Source: Spongospora subterranea f. sp. subterranea
Taxonomy: Eukaryota
Reading direction: 5' to 3'
Assembly (NCBI GenBank): GCA_049724395.1
Contig: JAUGWO010000102.1
Span: 124,001 to 188,000, forward strand
DNA: 64,000 nt
The position numbers were made by a program, and so were the translations under genes. Below the pieces are notes generated by a model. The model saw nothing but the letters and a program-made list of their open reading frames with translations, made no database searches and had not been told where the DNA came from. Positions 23,784 to 36,490 of the stretch are shown one piece after another (positions within the stretch are counted from its first letter, which is position 1; every line of letters begins with the position of its first letter).

Positions 23784-25959
23784 TTATAAGTCATCGTGGT
23801 CGGGAACTTCATCTTCAGAGTCTGGTTGAGTGGCGCCACCTTCGGATCCAGCCTTCTGGTAAAGCTTGACCATGATGGGGTTAACGATGGCCTCCAAAGC
23901 CTCCTTCTGTTCGTCAATTTCTGATTTCTCGGCTTCAGGGTTGGAGTTAATCCAGTTAATAGCCTCATCGCATCCTTTGTTGATCGCTTCTTTGTCTTCT
24001 TCAGAGATGTGCTTGCCAAGTTTCTCCTTGTCCTTGATTTGGGACTTGGTGGTGTAGGCGTAGCTCTCAAATCCGACCCTGGCCTCAATCTTCGCCTTAA
24101 GTTCTTTATCAGACTCAGCGAACTCTTCGGCTTGGCGGACCATTTCATCAATCTCAGACTGTTGAAGACGGCTCTTATCGGCAGTAACGGTGATCGATCG
24201 GGAATTGCCGGTGCCTTTATCAACGGCGCTGACCGCAAGAATGGAATTGGCGTCGACTTCGAAGGTGACCTCAATCTGAGGAACACCGCGAGGAGCAGGT
24301 GCAATTCCATCCAACTCGAATTCACCGAGTTTGGAGTTGTCCTTGGCCAGCTGACGCTCACCCTGGGACACCTTGATGCTAACCTGACTTTGTTGATCCT
24401 GATAGGTGGTGAACACTTGCGCCTTCTTTGTCGGGATTACCGTGTTTCGTGGGATGATTGAAGTCATCACACCTCCAACAGTCTCAATTCCAAGTGTGAG
24501 CGGCGTGACATCAAGGAGTAGGATATCAGCACTGGTAGAATCACCACCCTATGAAAAAATCAGAACGGATGAAGGAATATATAAAATAAACACAGCACGC
24601 ACCAAGATACCGGCTTGAACGGCGGCTCCATAGGCAATCGCTTCATCGGGATTGATAGCCGACATCACTTTCTTGCCGTTGAAGAACTGTTCAACTAGAC
24701 TGACAACCTTGGGAATACGAGTAGATCCTCCAACCATAACGATCTCACTGATCTGACTCGGCTCAAGCTTGGAGTCCTTGAGAACCTTCTTGACTGGAAC
24801 GAGGGTCTTCTTGAACAAATCATCGCAGAGGCTTTCAAATTTCGCACGGGAAAGTTGAATGTTGAAGTTGATGTTTTTGTACAAGGAATCGATATCAATA
24901 GTGGCAACATTAACGCTGGACAAAGTACGCTTGGCAGTTTCACAAGCCCGACGTAATTTCATCATCGCGCGCATGTCCTTAAGAACATCCATTCCGTCGT
25001 TCTTCTTCTTGAACTCTGCGGCCGCCCACATCATGATCCGCTGATCGAAGTCCTATCAAGACACTGAACTGAGAACCAACCTAGACGGTCAACAGCAACG
25101 ACATACTTCACCACCAAGGTGTGTATCACCGCTTGTGGCCATCACTTCGAAAACGCCATCATCAATGGTCAACACACTGACATCAAAGGTACCACCACCC
25201 AGATCGAAAACGAGTATGTTCTTGTCCTTGACGTCCTTGTCGAGACCGTAGGCAATGGCGGCGGCTGTTGGTTCACTGATGATTCTGAGAACCTCAAGTC
25301 CAGCAATCTTGCCAGCATCTTTCGTAGCTTGACGCTGCCTATCATTGAAGTAGGCTGGAACCGTGACAACTGCCCTCTTCACCGTCTTGCCAAGGTACGA
25401 TTCAGCGACCTCCTTCATCTTGGTCAACACCATGGACGAGATCATCTCTGGCGCGAACACCTGAGATTTACCCTCGTACTTGACTTGGATCTTGGGTAAT
25501 CCATTGACATTGGTAATGTTGAAGGGGAACAGCTTCATATCCTTCTGGACAACAGGATCATCGTAGTCACGTCCAAGAATACGCTTGACATCGAAAACAG
25601 TGTTGGTGGGATTGAGAGCTGCCTACATGACAATACAGAGGTGAACATGACAAGGAATCGGGGTTGAAGGTGAGACGGCTTACCTGGTTTTTAGCAGCTT
25701 CACCAACCAATTTTCCATCTTCAGTGAATGCTACGTAAGAAGGGGTGATACGGTTTCCTTGCTCATTGGCGATGATGTGAACGTTGCCGTTCTGGAAAGC
25801 GCCAACACAAGAATACGTTGTACCAAGATCAATTCCGATAACGACGTCTTTTTCTGAGGAAAGCCAATCAGTGGGAGGAATACGCTAGAACAGCACCACG
25901 TGGAACTCACCTGCAACGGCAGACGCAGACAGAAACAACAAGGCCACAATCCACAACAT
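23784..25959 (-). CDS. HSPA5: ER Hsp70 chaperone BiP
   Basis: Signal peptide [53 protein letters not shown], ends HDDL*. Confidence 0.96.
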
Positions 25960-26091
25960 GGCTGTGAATGACGAGCCAACGATTGTATAATGAGGCCGTG
26001 GCGCAAGTTGGGCCGCCCCACAAGGGACTGTATGTCTGAGAATAGGAATCCCCGGCTGGCAGAATATTCCCAGTCCTGGCCACATAAGGTT

Positions 26092-26103
26092 GATGACGTG
26101 GCA
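26092..26103. promoter_or_regulatory. Candidate unfolded-protein-response element upstream of BiP
   Basis: GATGACGTGGCA ~135 bp upstream of the BiP start matches the TGACGTGG UPRE consensus. Confidence 0.45.
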
Positions 26104-26521
26104 TCGGACTTGACCCCCTCCGCACTAGGAATTTTGCGTTACGGACTATCTGTGTCACTGTATATTGACACTATTGCTGTCTCATAGTGTACATGGCTGG
26201 CAGTGCGTCCGCCATACTGCGGCCTTCCAGTCTGTGAATGGCCAATGGCCGATGGCCAATGGGCCACACGCTACACCTCCAACATCATTTTACAGGGCCC
26301 GTCGGAATACGGCTGATGGCCCCCCGGTATTATAGGGTTAACAGGGCCCTGTATTATAGGGATAACGGGCCCATAATATCAAACAGGGTTCACACATCAT
26401 ATTCTCATATTGATTTCAGGACCGGATGGTGTTTCCAGTAGGAGATGAACCAATTGTAATTGCACAATAAAGTCCCGCCACAAAGTAAACCTGAAGAAGT
26501 CACAGTCGTGAATTAGCACGA

Positions 26522-28202
26522 GATCAATCGTGATACTTGAAATACGAGCAACGATAGCGGAACACATTTAACCCGATATCGTCATAGCCATTGCCTAGAG
26601 GGGGCGATAATCTATCGGGTTTCGTCAGATTTACCCCTAGATTAGATTGACATCCTGTTAATTCCATCGTAGACCCACACCAACTAATCTCGTTGCTTTT
26701 CAGATGAGGATGAAGGGTTTTATTGTCCCTTCAAACAGGGAAGAGTTTTTTAGCATTGGGCGGGTATAATTCCTCGATAGGAATAGGATCAGGCGTTCTC
26801 CACTCCTTTGGACCCGCCTTCAACGCGTCCACCCACGACTCCAATACATTATTCTCTATCGGTTCCACAATTCGTATTGTCGCTGAACATCTCGATTGGC
26901 CGCATGGTTGAGGGGTCTCGATATGTGTGCTTGATATGACAATAATGGCGGCGATCAAACCGGCTACAGCTGCCATCATTGCTGTCTGGCAGATGAACGT
27001 CGTCGTCTGATTCTGGGTCGAACCCCGCTTTGTTGGACCAGGATCGCCCATTCCAATTCGCCAAATAAATAAAACCAAGTATAAGTTATTCGAAGGATGC
27101 AACTGCAATAAAGAATGAGCGATGGTAAGGAGCTATGTCCTCCGGTCGTATTGAATCATGGAGATTATGTCATGAGTCAACTCCCGACCAAAGGATAAGG
27201 TACCGACCCGACCATATACACTTTGCGTTGTTGAAAACGTGATCTTTTACCCATGGGTCGTAATGCGATTATGGGATTGGCACATTGCAGGTGATTTGGA
27301 GCGGTGACGGCTTCGGTAATGTATCGCCACCGTCTATCAGAGTTCGATCGATGGTAAACAACCGGTTGATGTCGGTCAGGTATCCTTGAAATGATGTTGG
27401 TGATGTTCCTGATAAGTCCAACCAGAAAACAGTGTTCCTTGATTCAACGATCTGTTTTGCTGGGAGCATCTGCATCACCAAGGGCAGATGATGATGGCGC
27501 TACAGGTGGCGACGTGATCCACCAATCATCAAGGTGATTCCAGATATATCGGATTATGGCACGAGTCATTATTGATCGGGTATTGTTGCCATATCCAATA
27601 ATACCGATCATGATAGTGATCGCCCGAAATAATCAATCGCAAAGTGACCCTGTAAGAAGGGTTGTTCTCCCACAAGATATACGGATCAGGGCTAGTCAAT
27701 ATCCCAGGAAACTTCGTAAAACCATACAGAATATTGTTGATCGGGTCAATGTGTAATTGCGCTCTCATCTAGTTGTAGATTCGTTTCTAAAGTTATCGAT
27801 GTCCTTAGAAAGCCCAGAGATGATCTATTATCAATTATCCCTTTGGTGCCCTCACGTGAACAAAGACAGCGCCATTGTCCCAATCCTAGAACAGACTCGT
27901 CGACCCCTCAGCAATATCATGTCGGTCATCTGGTTCCTTGTTGCGTATCAGCCGTCAAATCCATGCTCTCCATTGGCGTCGGAGCGTTTTGGGTTATACC
28001 TGGCAAGATCCTTGTATCCTGTGGATTATCCCAACAAAGATTACTTCCAGCATGGACTGCTCAGAAAGCGAAACTGACCGTTGTGGCATCTTTGATCGCA
28101 GAAACTGGTCGGCAGAACAGATTATATAGGACCACCGCTAGAACCATAACATATCGAATTAATAGGCGAAACCGTATCAGGACACTCGTGGTATAAACCA
28201 TT
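26522..28202 (-). pseudogene. Decayed gene for a probably secreted or membrane-anchored protein
   Basis: Hydrophobic N-terminus near 28200, then protein-like frames broken by several in-frame stops and frameshifts (ORFs 27529-27768, 27269-27481, 26849-27064, 26731-27108). Confidence 0.45.
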
Positions 28203-29089
28203 ACACACATCTGGCCGTTGGCTAATTTACTGACGGGTACAGCAGGACGTGGCGGCAGAGATTATGGCGATGAATACCGATGTGATTCTGTTGAAATGCT
28301 CAGCCGACGACGGATGGGATCTGGGCTTGGCGACTATATTGCTGGCTGAGAGCAGACAAGTTGTGGGCAGTGTGGCGTTAATTCATCTACGGTTCTATTG
28401 CCATGTGTTCCAAAAAAGATGGACACTAACTTCGAACAGTGAGAGGGAACTGGCAACTTCATTCCACAGTTTCAATCGGTGCCCTCTGGAAACGATGCAA
28501 ACATCGATCGTCCTGAACGGCCACGGCCGTTGTCCTTAGCAATTTCAAATCATCATCTTCCAAGGGTCATCGCAATGACGGCCGTTGAAGCAGAAGAAGA
28601 TAAGACACCCTGCATTATTCGTAAATCTATGAGCGTAAAACCTATCAAACAAGGTTTGCCATAACATTTCAACGTGCGGATAGAACCACTCAGCGCACAT
28701 AGAGGTATATTCATTAACTTTGCCCTAAAAGTAAAGAACGTGAACCGCTGCTGAACAAACTGAGAAAGTTCCAACAGTAGCTGTTCCCAAAACAAAATCA
28801 AATACAGTAGTTGAAGATATAAGATTTAGGTGTTCATCGCCCACGTGGGCGGCAATAATAGAAATGATGGGGTAAATTGGATTGGACCTAAATCAAGGGA
28901 GATGGGACACACGAAAAATGAACGTTATGAACTTTTAGTGGTCTTGACAACAAACAATCGCCGGACCATTGTTGCTCAAATCGATCGTCGTCTCGAGTGA
29001 CCGGTACTCATCAAAGCGAGCCATGTTTTTCTATTGTTGAATCGTACGTACCTCTACAGCGCCATGGCAACATACTGCTGATCCAACCT

Positions 29090-32000
29090 TCAGCACACAG
29101 GAAACTTATTCGCCGATTGGCCCTTTCATCGAAATCTTACATTATATATTGGAAAAAGCGTCGTTACTAACCCAGGCACGATGCAATAAGAGAATCTTAC
29201 TTGGTTCAATGAAAGTGTTTTAATAATTCTGGTGTAGGAAGGGGGATTTGGTTTCTTGTTGGCACTCGATTGCCAATAATACCCACGACCGAAATATTCA
29301 GCCACAGCCGCAAATCCATCCTCGGCGTCTTGAATTTTATGGAAAAACGCTTCATGATCGTTGGCACTGCTTTTCATAGCGCTGTCAATTTCGGTCACTG
29401 TGAGCGTCGTTAGTGAACCCGATAATGACATGTTGCAAAATTGCCTAACTTTTCTGATAATTTGGGTAGCAGAGCGGGCACTGCATGGCGACAGAATTTT
29501 CTATACACCGATCATGGAAAGAATGCCTATCAAACATGAGAACTTTCTAAACGCGACTTGATTGCAAAAACCGACATGCATAGAAAATGTACGACAGGAG
29601 GTTCGGACAACAAAGTATCACACACTGAACAGGTAGATGTCTGAAACGATATGGCCTATGTTGTGATGAACAATATGACAGACTTTTCCTGCGCAGGCAA
29701 AAAACTACCTGGGTTTCGAGCTGATGGATCCGTTGCTTGATCTGAGCCGTTTCAGTTCGATATTCTTCGATTTGACGTCGATCATCATCTAAGATAGACT
29801 GCGTCATGTCAATGTACGGCCCGGTTATGCTTCGATAAAAGCACCTGATCGTACGCAAGCGATTTTAAAATGAAGTCTTTCACAATGGAAAGAGGAATTG
29901 TGTCATTTTTCGACAACATTTGAATAACCATTAAAGATGGAAGTAGCCTTGACTGATGAATATCTGCCATTGACATCTCAATTTCAATTTTGATGGAAAA
30001 TTTGGGCCACAGCCTGATTACTCAGAAGGACATGACGAATACTATCAGGATGTTGCGCATGTTGAGTGCTCGACGCGAAAAACGACAGAGCTCTGAGCCA
30101 AAGATTTGGCTCAACTGTCCCATACGTTTGACACGTCTCAATAATAGCGTCAACAGCTTCGAACTGTTATAAAATTTTCAGATATCGTGCGGCATCGAAG
30201 TGAATGATTCAATCACCTGTATATGGTGCTCGAGAATGTCAACATATAAATTCAACTTCCGATAAAGAAACAGGACACCTGGAGTGAAACCATAGCGTTT
30301 GGTGAGAACTAGGGCCAACTCTGGATCGTATCTATAATGATCTTTACAACCAGTAACCGCATAAAACAAAAAGAAGAACCCGTACTTGGTTTGTCGAGTT
30401 GCCAGAAGGTCCAAGATAACCTCTTCGTTGCCACTTTCTCTATCGCGAAGGTACAATTCCAATAAAGTTGTATAAACAGTAGACGACGCATTTGGATTCT
30501 AAGTGGAGATCAGGAATTAAAGAAATTACAAATCAAAAACGATACGACTTGTGCCACAACGCTTTGTAAAAAGTTCTGCAATGCCGCTGGTTTACCAACA
30601 AATAAGTGGATAAACTCTTCAGGGTTCGCCCTGCTGATGTTCTCGCCAGCGTCAGCAAAGTTGGTGCACATGCGATGAAGCAGCTCTACAGTTTCTGTGG
30701 GCGCACGTTCAAATAACAAGTACCCGTGCTGCTTTAAGCATGCTTCGGCTTGATTGAAAGACAAATGCGCAATATATTTGACTACAGCTGCATAATCATC
30801 CATCATGATTAAAATTTTGATGGATGAATCGATTTTCTTGTTCTGGATAGCTAATTGCAAGGCGTGATCAAGATATCCGGCAGATGTACAAACCTGAAAT
30901 GAACACAATCACGATATGAAAGCGCTGTAATTTGTGAAAGCAAAACCTGGATGGCATTGTCGACATCGAATTTCAACGATGATATATTGCTGAGAAACGC
31001 GGTAAGCTTATCATCAAGATTTGCTCTTGTGAAACAGTTCAGAAGCAAAGTGGTATGAAGTTTTGAGGCGCAGTTATTAGCATGCAGAGCTTCAAGGTAA
31101 GCGGTCAAATGTTCAGCCAAGCGGGCGTTGAGAAATTTACGGATCACGTAGGATGGCTCGATATGTGCAACCCCAGGCGTGATGGTGTCAATATACTCCC
31201 GAATTGCCCCTTGGTAATCCCCTATATTGATGTCGGAATTTGCCGAGCGATACCTGAATTAAACACTCAGACCTTTGCTGTAAAGGTGGTCACCGTGGCG
31301 CTGGATGATCTCCATAATGTATGATTGATCAAGTGGCTGGCTGGTCGCTAAGCTGATAGCAATGGTGTACAAATTCCGCTTGAACAATATGTCCATCTTC
31401 GCTGTTAAATCACATTCGTGAAGTTCAACAAGCTACAGCAATATTCGTTATCCGCTCAACAAGGAAACTGATATACGGCGACTGACCTTGATAGGGGATT
31501 GTTTCTGGCAGATGATTACACAGCCCCACTCGCAGAGAACATGCGATATTTGGTCAAATACGCCAGAAAACGCCACAAGTTTATGTCTGAAATATAAATT
31601 AACCTTAACAGCTGCATTAATGGCATCGATGACGTACTTCAAATCAAATATCGTGACGTCGTTCTTGTGCGACGAGTTCTTATTATCTGAGACGACAATC
31701 AGATAAGAATGGAATCGATGTAGGAACCGCTTGGCGCTCTCAAATCCGTAGCAGGGCCCGACATCATCAGATCCAAAGAAGAAAATCCCCTCGGGACGAC
31801 CAACCGCTAATTGACCTGCATCGTTGACAACGCTAGAGTTTACTGAGACGTAAATGTTGCAATACAAATTATGAATGGTAAACCTGCAGAGCATATCACA
31901 TCCATTAGACTGATCAATGATCAGCTCAGGGAATCCATCCTGCTGTATCTGGAATGACGACACCGATGATGTTGTGGTCATAAAAAGGGTATCGTCCGAC

Positions 32001-32713
32001 ACAAAATGTACTACACCCAGCAGATATGAACTGTGGGTTAGTGTCTGGCAGATACTGATCATTACCTGAGGTGATACAGGGACCGCTCCGACGAAGGAGA
32101 AATGTCTTATACCTGCCCCGTAGTAAATCGCCAGCAAATACTATAACGGCACCGTTTCCCAAACCAACAGCCAGATGCGTTAGGTTGTCCTGTCAAAATA
32201 TCAGCGATAAACTATAATCGGGCGACGATGCAAAAAACGCACCTGAACCGCAATACAGGTCACTGGGCCCTGTTCTAGTTTTGGCGACGCGAATATGCGG
32301 ATCTGTTTGGCTAGAACTGGATCGACGGCAGCGGAATCTAATCGCCAGAATTTAATTGAGGCAGGAGGTAGATCTGACCCAAGATCAAGCCCGACTGTCA
32401 ACAATATATTCTGAGCTGACGCCTAATATCAGTGTTCATCAATATATTACTAATTAAATCGGGACGTTGTGGGGGTCTAGATTACACGATATATGTGCAT
32501 TAATGTGTCATGAGCCTGGAATTGAGCCACATCCAGCGATCGATTGATGATATGAACCACGCCAAGGGCGTCCCCTAGGTATATCTGGGATCGCCCGGAG
32601 GCGGCGCAAACCGCCTGGATTTCAAGATTATTACTCGATGACGGTGACCCATCCTCATCGGCGATCTCAAGAGTCCTTGTGTCAAAGAACTGGAACCGAC
32701 GCCATTGCAGCAT
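29090..32713 (-). CDS. VPS11: Vacuolar protein sorting 11 (HOPS/CORVET)
   Basis: MLQWRRFQFFD start, VIRKFL…LTAYLEALH…HTTLLLNCF, C-terminal RING (CSVC…HFLCMHSFHDRC…CPLC) and YFGRG; many introns; 3' end approximate. Confidence 0.93.
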
Positions 32714-32771
32714 GGACTACCAGCACCCTTGAATGAAGTGATGTGTAAAGTGCGATACACAACCTGCGGAA

Positions 32772-32796
32772 GTGCAGTGCAGTGCAGTGCAGTGCA
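32772..32796. repeat. (GTGCA)5 microsatellite upstream of VPS11
   Basis: gtgcagtgcagtgcagtgcagtgca. Confidence 0.85.
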
Positions 32797-33001
32797 CAGC
32801 ACATCAACGCTGTATTTATTCACTGGAGGAAATCACCGATTGTTTTTCCGCTTCAACCATCCCCATACCCTCTTTCAACATGAAATCGATTGGGGGAAAG
32901 ACGGCGCTGGGTGAGGGTTGTCCAATACTCGAATTGTCAGGACAATAGTCGCAGTTCCGGACGGATTATTGTAATCGGATAACTAAATGTTGAATTATTT
33001 A

Positions 33002-35854
33002 TCAAAGCGAACCATTTTTTGACAAAAGAGCGACTGATTCTGATAGAGCTTTTTCGACATGTGTTTGGATCAATTGCACTAATTGACCCGAATATTTATC
33101 CAGGGCTAGCGTTGTCGATATCGGATCCAGACTTGCTGCGTTTATAGACTCATCTGGACCAAGTAGACGATCAATTTTGTAACGAACCCTCATGAGAAAC
33201 GCCTTTATCTTATCCGAACCGTTCCCAGGCGATCTTTTTCGGTGAAATTTGTCTAGAATATGATCAAATTGCTCTTCCAAACCAGCCAATGTCCCGTCAA
33301 TATCCGTCTCGGGCTTCACAAATAAATCTTTCGATGGATTCACCGCCTCTTTTGTTGTAATCAGACTTTTGTCGAAGTTCGGCGAAACGGATCTGTTTCT
33401 TTTTCTGTAGGAAACGGATGTTCTGACTGGTGACAGTGATCTGCGATCGTTCCAACATGATCGCCGATATGCTAACGGAATGTCGTTTCCTGTTATTTGA
33501 TCTTGACCAGCGTTTTTGTAGCGCCCTGTCCGATTGCTGATTTGCTCAGTTACTTTTCTCAGATCAATTGTAAGCTCTTCTAAATCATCAAGGGCTAAAG
33601 GCAGGACGCCTTCAGAGGCTTCAACGAATGACCTAAACGCCAGTCAAATACAACAAGCATGACGGCATAGGAACGTGGCGGGAAACTTACTGATCTTCCT
33701 CTCCATCAGTATACAAATTGGAAGAAGCAATTTCAGATGCATATCCATCGCTAAGTGATTCGTCAACGATAGGGTCTAACAATCTTCTATCGACCGCCAG
33801 GTCAGGAGTTCGGTGTCGTTGATCTAGCAAATTCCTTTCCAACTGTCTTTGGCTGATCATCTGGCACAGCGCTTTTCCAAGTTTCCACACCATTATGCAT
33901 CCGTCACTTCCATACGAAAGCAGATGAGTGCTATTCGATGAAAACTTGGCTCTGTAAACTAATCCAAAATGAGGCGCTTGAATTTTGGCCACGACCTTTC
34001 CAGAGAACCAATCGAGTACAACTAGCGACATTTCTTGAGTGGTACCTACTAATAGTGTCCCAGTTGAGTCCATCTCAATAGAGGTTAGTTTCACTTCTAA
34101 AGATCTAATCAATCGTTGAGTGGAAATTTCCCAGACCACAGTAACGCCTTTGCGAGTACAGCCCAATGCAAATCTATCACAACCAATAACAGGGATGGAG
34201 GTTAGGAGATCTGCCATAAATTCCGGAGCTTCCAATGTAAACGATGTCACATCGCGGACGAACGTCCCTTCAGACGACGAACTGATAATACTTTCGGGTG
34301 ATGATGCAAAACGAACACTTTCCACTGGGGAATGATGATCCATGAATTTACCAATCGGTTGTATCAGTGAAGTTACATCGAATATGTTGATAGATTCGTC
34401 TTGACCGCCAGAACATAATAGCGAAGAATCTCGGCTGAAATCCAAAGATAACACCTCACCAGAGTGAGCGAGTTTAGCCGAGGCTACAAGATGCACCTGA
34501 CCGTTATCGGTACAATGAAACTGGCGAATATTACCAACAGAATCACCACAAGCAATTTGTCGCCCTTCACTAGAGATTGCCAATATCTGTGGAATAGCAT
34601 CTCTGACATTCAGAATTTCATGACCGTCACCACCTTCTCCATGATCATTCCATACTCGCAGCGATCCGTCTGCAGAACAGGCTAGAAAAGCGCCATTACC
34701 AGGTAGTGGAACTAAGTCGGTGATAGAGCCATGATGAAATGAACTATGTCGAACAACCTTCTGCTTTTTGATGTCCCAAACTACTAATGTACTGTCGGCG
34801 TAGAAGCATGCCAATCTGTCGCTATCGCCTGTAAGTGACACCGACATGATATCGGCGGATGCCAAAGGCGAAGATAAGGTCACAATATGCGATATCGTAT
34901 CTGGTGTAAATAACCTGACTTTCCCTTTAGCACCAGCGATGACAATCACATCACATCCCGCCGCAATACTGAAACCCATTTCCAGTTTCAAATCGACCCA
35001 CTTTTCCAGTGTCTTTTTGTCACAGCTAAATCGACACAGGATCGCTGTTGACGTCAACGCAAATACTTGTGAAGAAGAAGTTCCTTTGCCGAAGGCGAGG
35101 GCAATAAAGTACGCTTCACCATCAAGAATACCGGCATTTGACGCGGCCGCCATCTTGAAAGGAACCTCATCGAGATATCCAATTCCCTCCCCTTCTTCAT
35201 TGCTTGGCTTTTCAACGAATCTCCATAATGAGATCGATTTGTCACCGCAAGTTGCGAACATGGGCAGCGCATCTGCAATGTCAATAGCCGTGATTCGGTT
35301 GAGAACTACAGCATGCGATGAACAGCGGCCGGTTTTCCAGCAATAACTTCGAACGGAGAATGGCTCCGATAATTCCACGGTGACTAGGATCGACGAATAT
35401 TTCAAAAAGCGAACAATTACTCCACCCGCCGCATTTCGCGACCATATCCGAGTTGGTTCAGGCGACGAGGTTAAATCGTGAATCGATATCTTTCTAGACT
35501 ACAGATACTTTAGAGTCAGACATCGGATTTGGCACTGCGCACGGGTGTGCACACACCTCCGCAACAGCAATATGGTTTCCCTGGTAGTCGAACGCAATGC
35601 ACGTGATGGGGGATTGGCACAGAATGAAGCGCTTTTGCTTTTGAAGTCTTGGGCTGTAGAATACAACCGTCTTCCCTGCGATATACACCAATTCGTCTGT
35701 GTTCGGCCTCCAATTTAGAGTGAAATGACTCGCTCCTGTCACCCCGATAACCCTCTCAAGTGATATCTGATTCTACACAGAACATCACGTTAACCAGTGT
35801 CGTGGAGTGAACGGCCACTCGCACCACCTTATCATCGTTAGTCCGCTTTAGCAT
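33002..35854 (-). CDS. WD40-repeat protein, MAPKBP1/WDR62-like
   Basis: LERVIG start, LEKWVDLK, CSADGSLRVW, IACGDSVGNIR, AHSGEVLSLDFS, DGCIMVWKL, low-complexity then helical tail. Confidence 0.8.
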
Positions 35855-36490
35855 GGATGGAGACTACCCGATGGCGTCAATGGCGATATACCGCAATCGC
35901 TGTTGTGGGTTGAACACGCTACTGGACTGTGTGACGGATGTGTTAGACCCATGATCGCCATCGAATAACTGTGCAAAAGTGTCGTAAATTGCAATCGAGA
36001 CAGCCCCGGGAATTGAATAATCAGCTCCTATTGTCGCAGATCACAGACAAATACAGTAGGTAATGACAATTGAGAAAGCAATAAGCAAGAAAATCAACAT
36101 TACAGATCGGGCAGGGTACACGTTCGGTTAACCGTAATTTCTGTGCAATGTTTTGTTGTTTCCTCAAACATTTTCCACTTGTCATGATGATAAATTGATG
36201 GAGAAAGTTCCTGGCAAAGTAAGGACGCGAAACAACGACAAATGACAGCACCAATGGTTCATACATCGATGGAACCGCGGACGAAAAATAAACAATTATT
36301 GGCGCGTAAAACATGCGTTTACCGAGTGCATAAAACCCCTTTCACAAAAGTCACCATTGATTGGTGACTGTATTGCACAGACTTGGTGTGTCGCGTACAC
36401 AGTGTGTAGTGTACGCTGTGTCAATGCGCCAAATAGGGTAACTGGGGCGCCTGAGGAATTGCACTTTGAAATGAACTGAACTACCACAAG

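Noticed and set aside
26355..26372. I-SceI-like site TAGGGATAAC
   Set aside because: Only about half of the 18-bp site matches; part of a local repeat
26731..26733. Selenocysteine or alternative genetic code at in-frame TGA
   Set aside because: The same region has TAA stops and frameshifts, and intact genes use TGA as a normal stop
36021..36487. Short ORFs between the WD40 gene and SUOX
   Set aside because: No recognisable domain or splice structure; likely divergent promoter sequence
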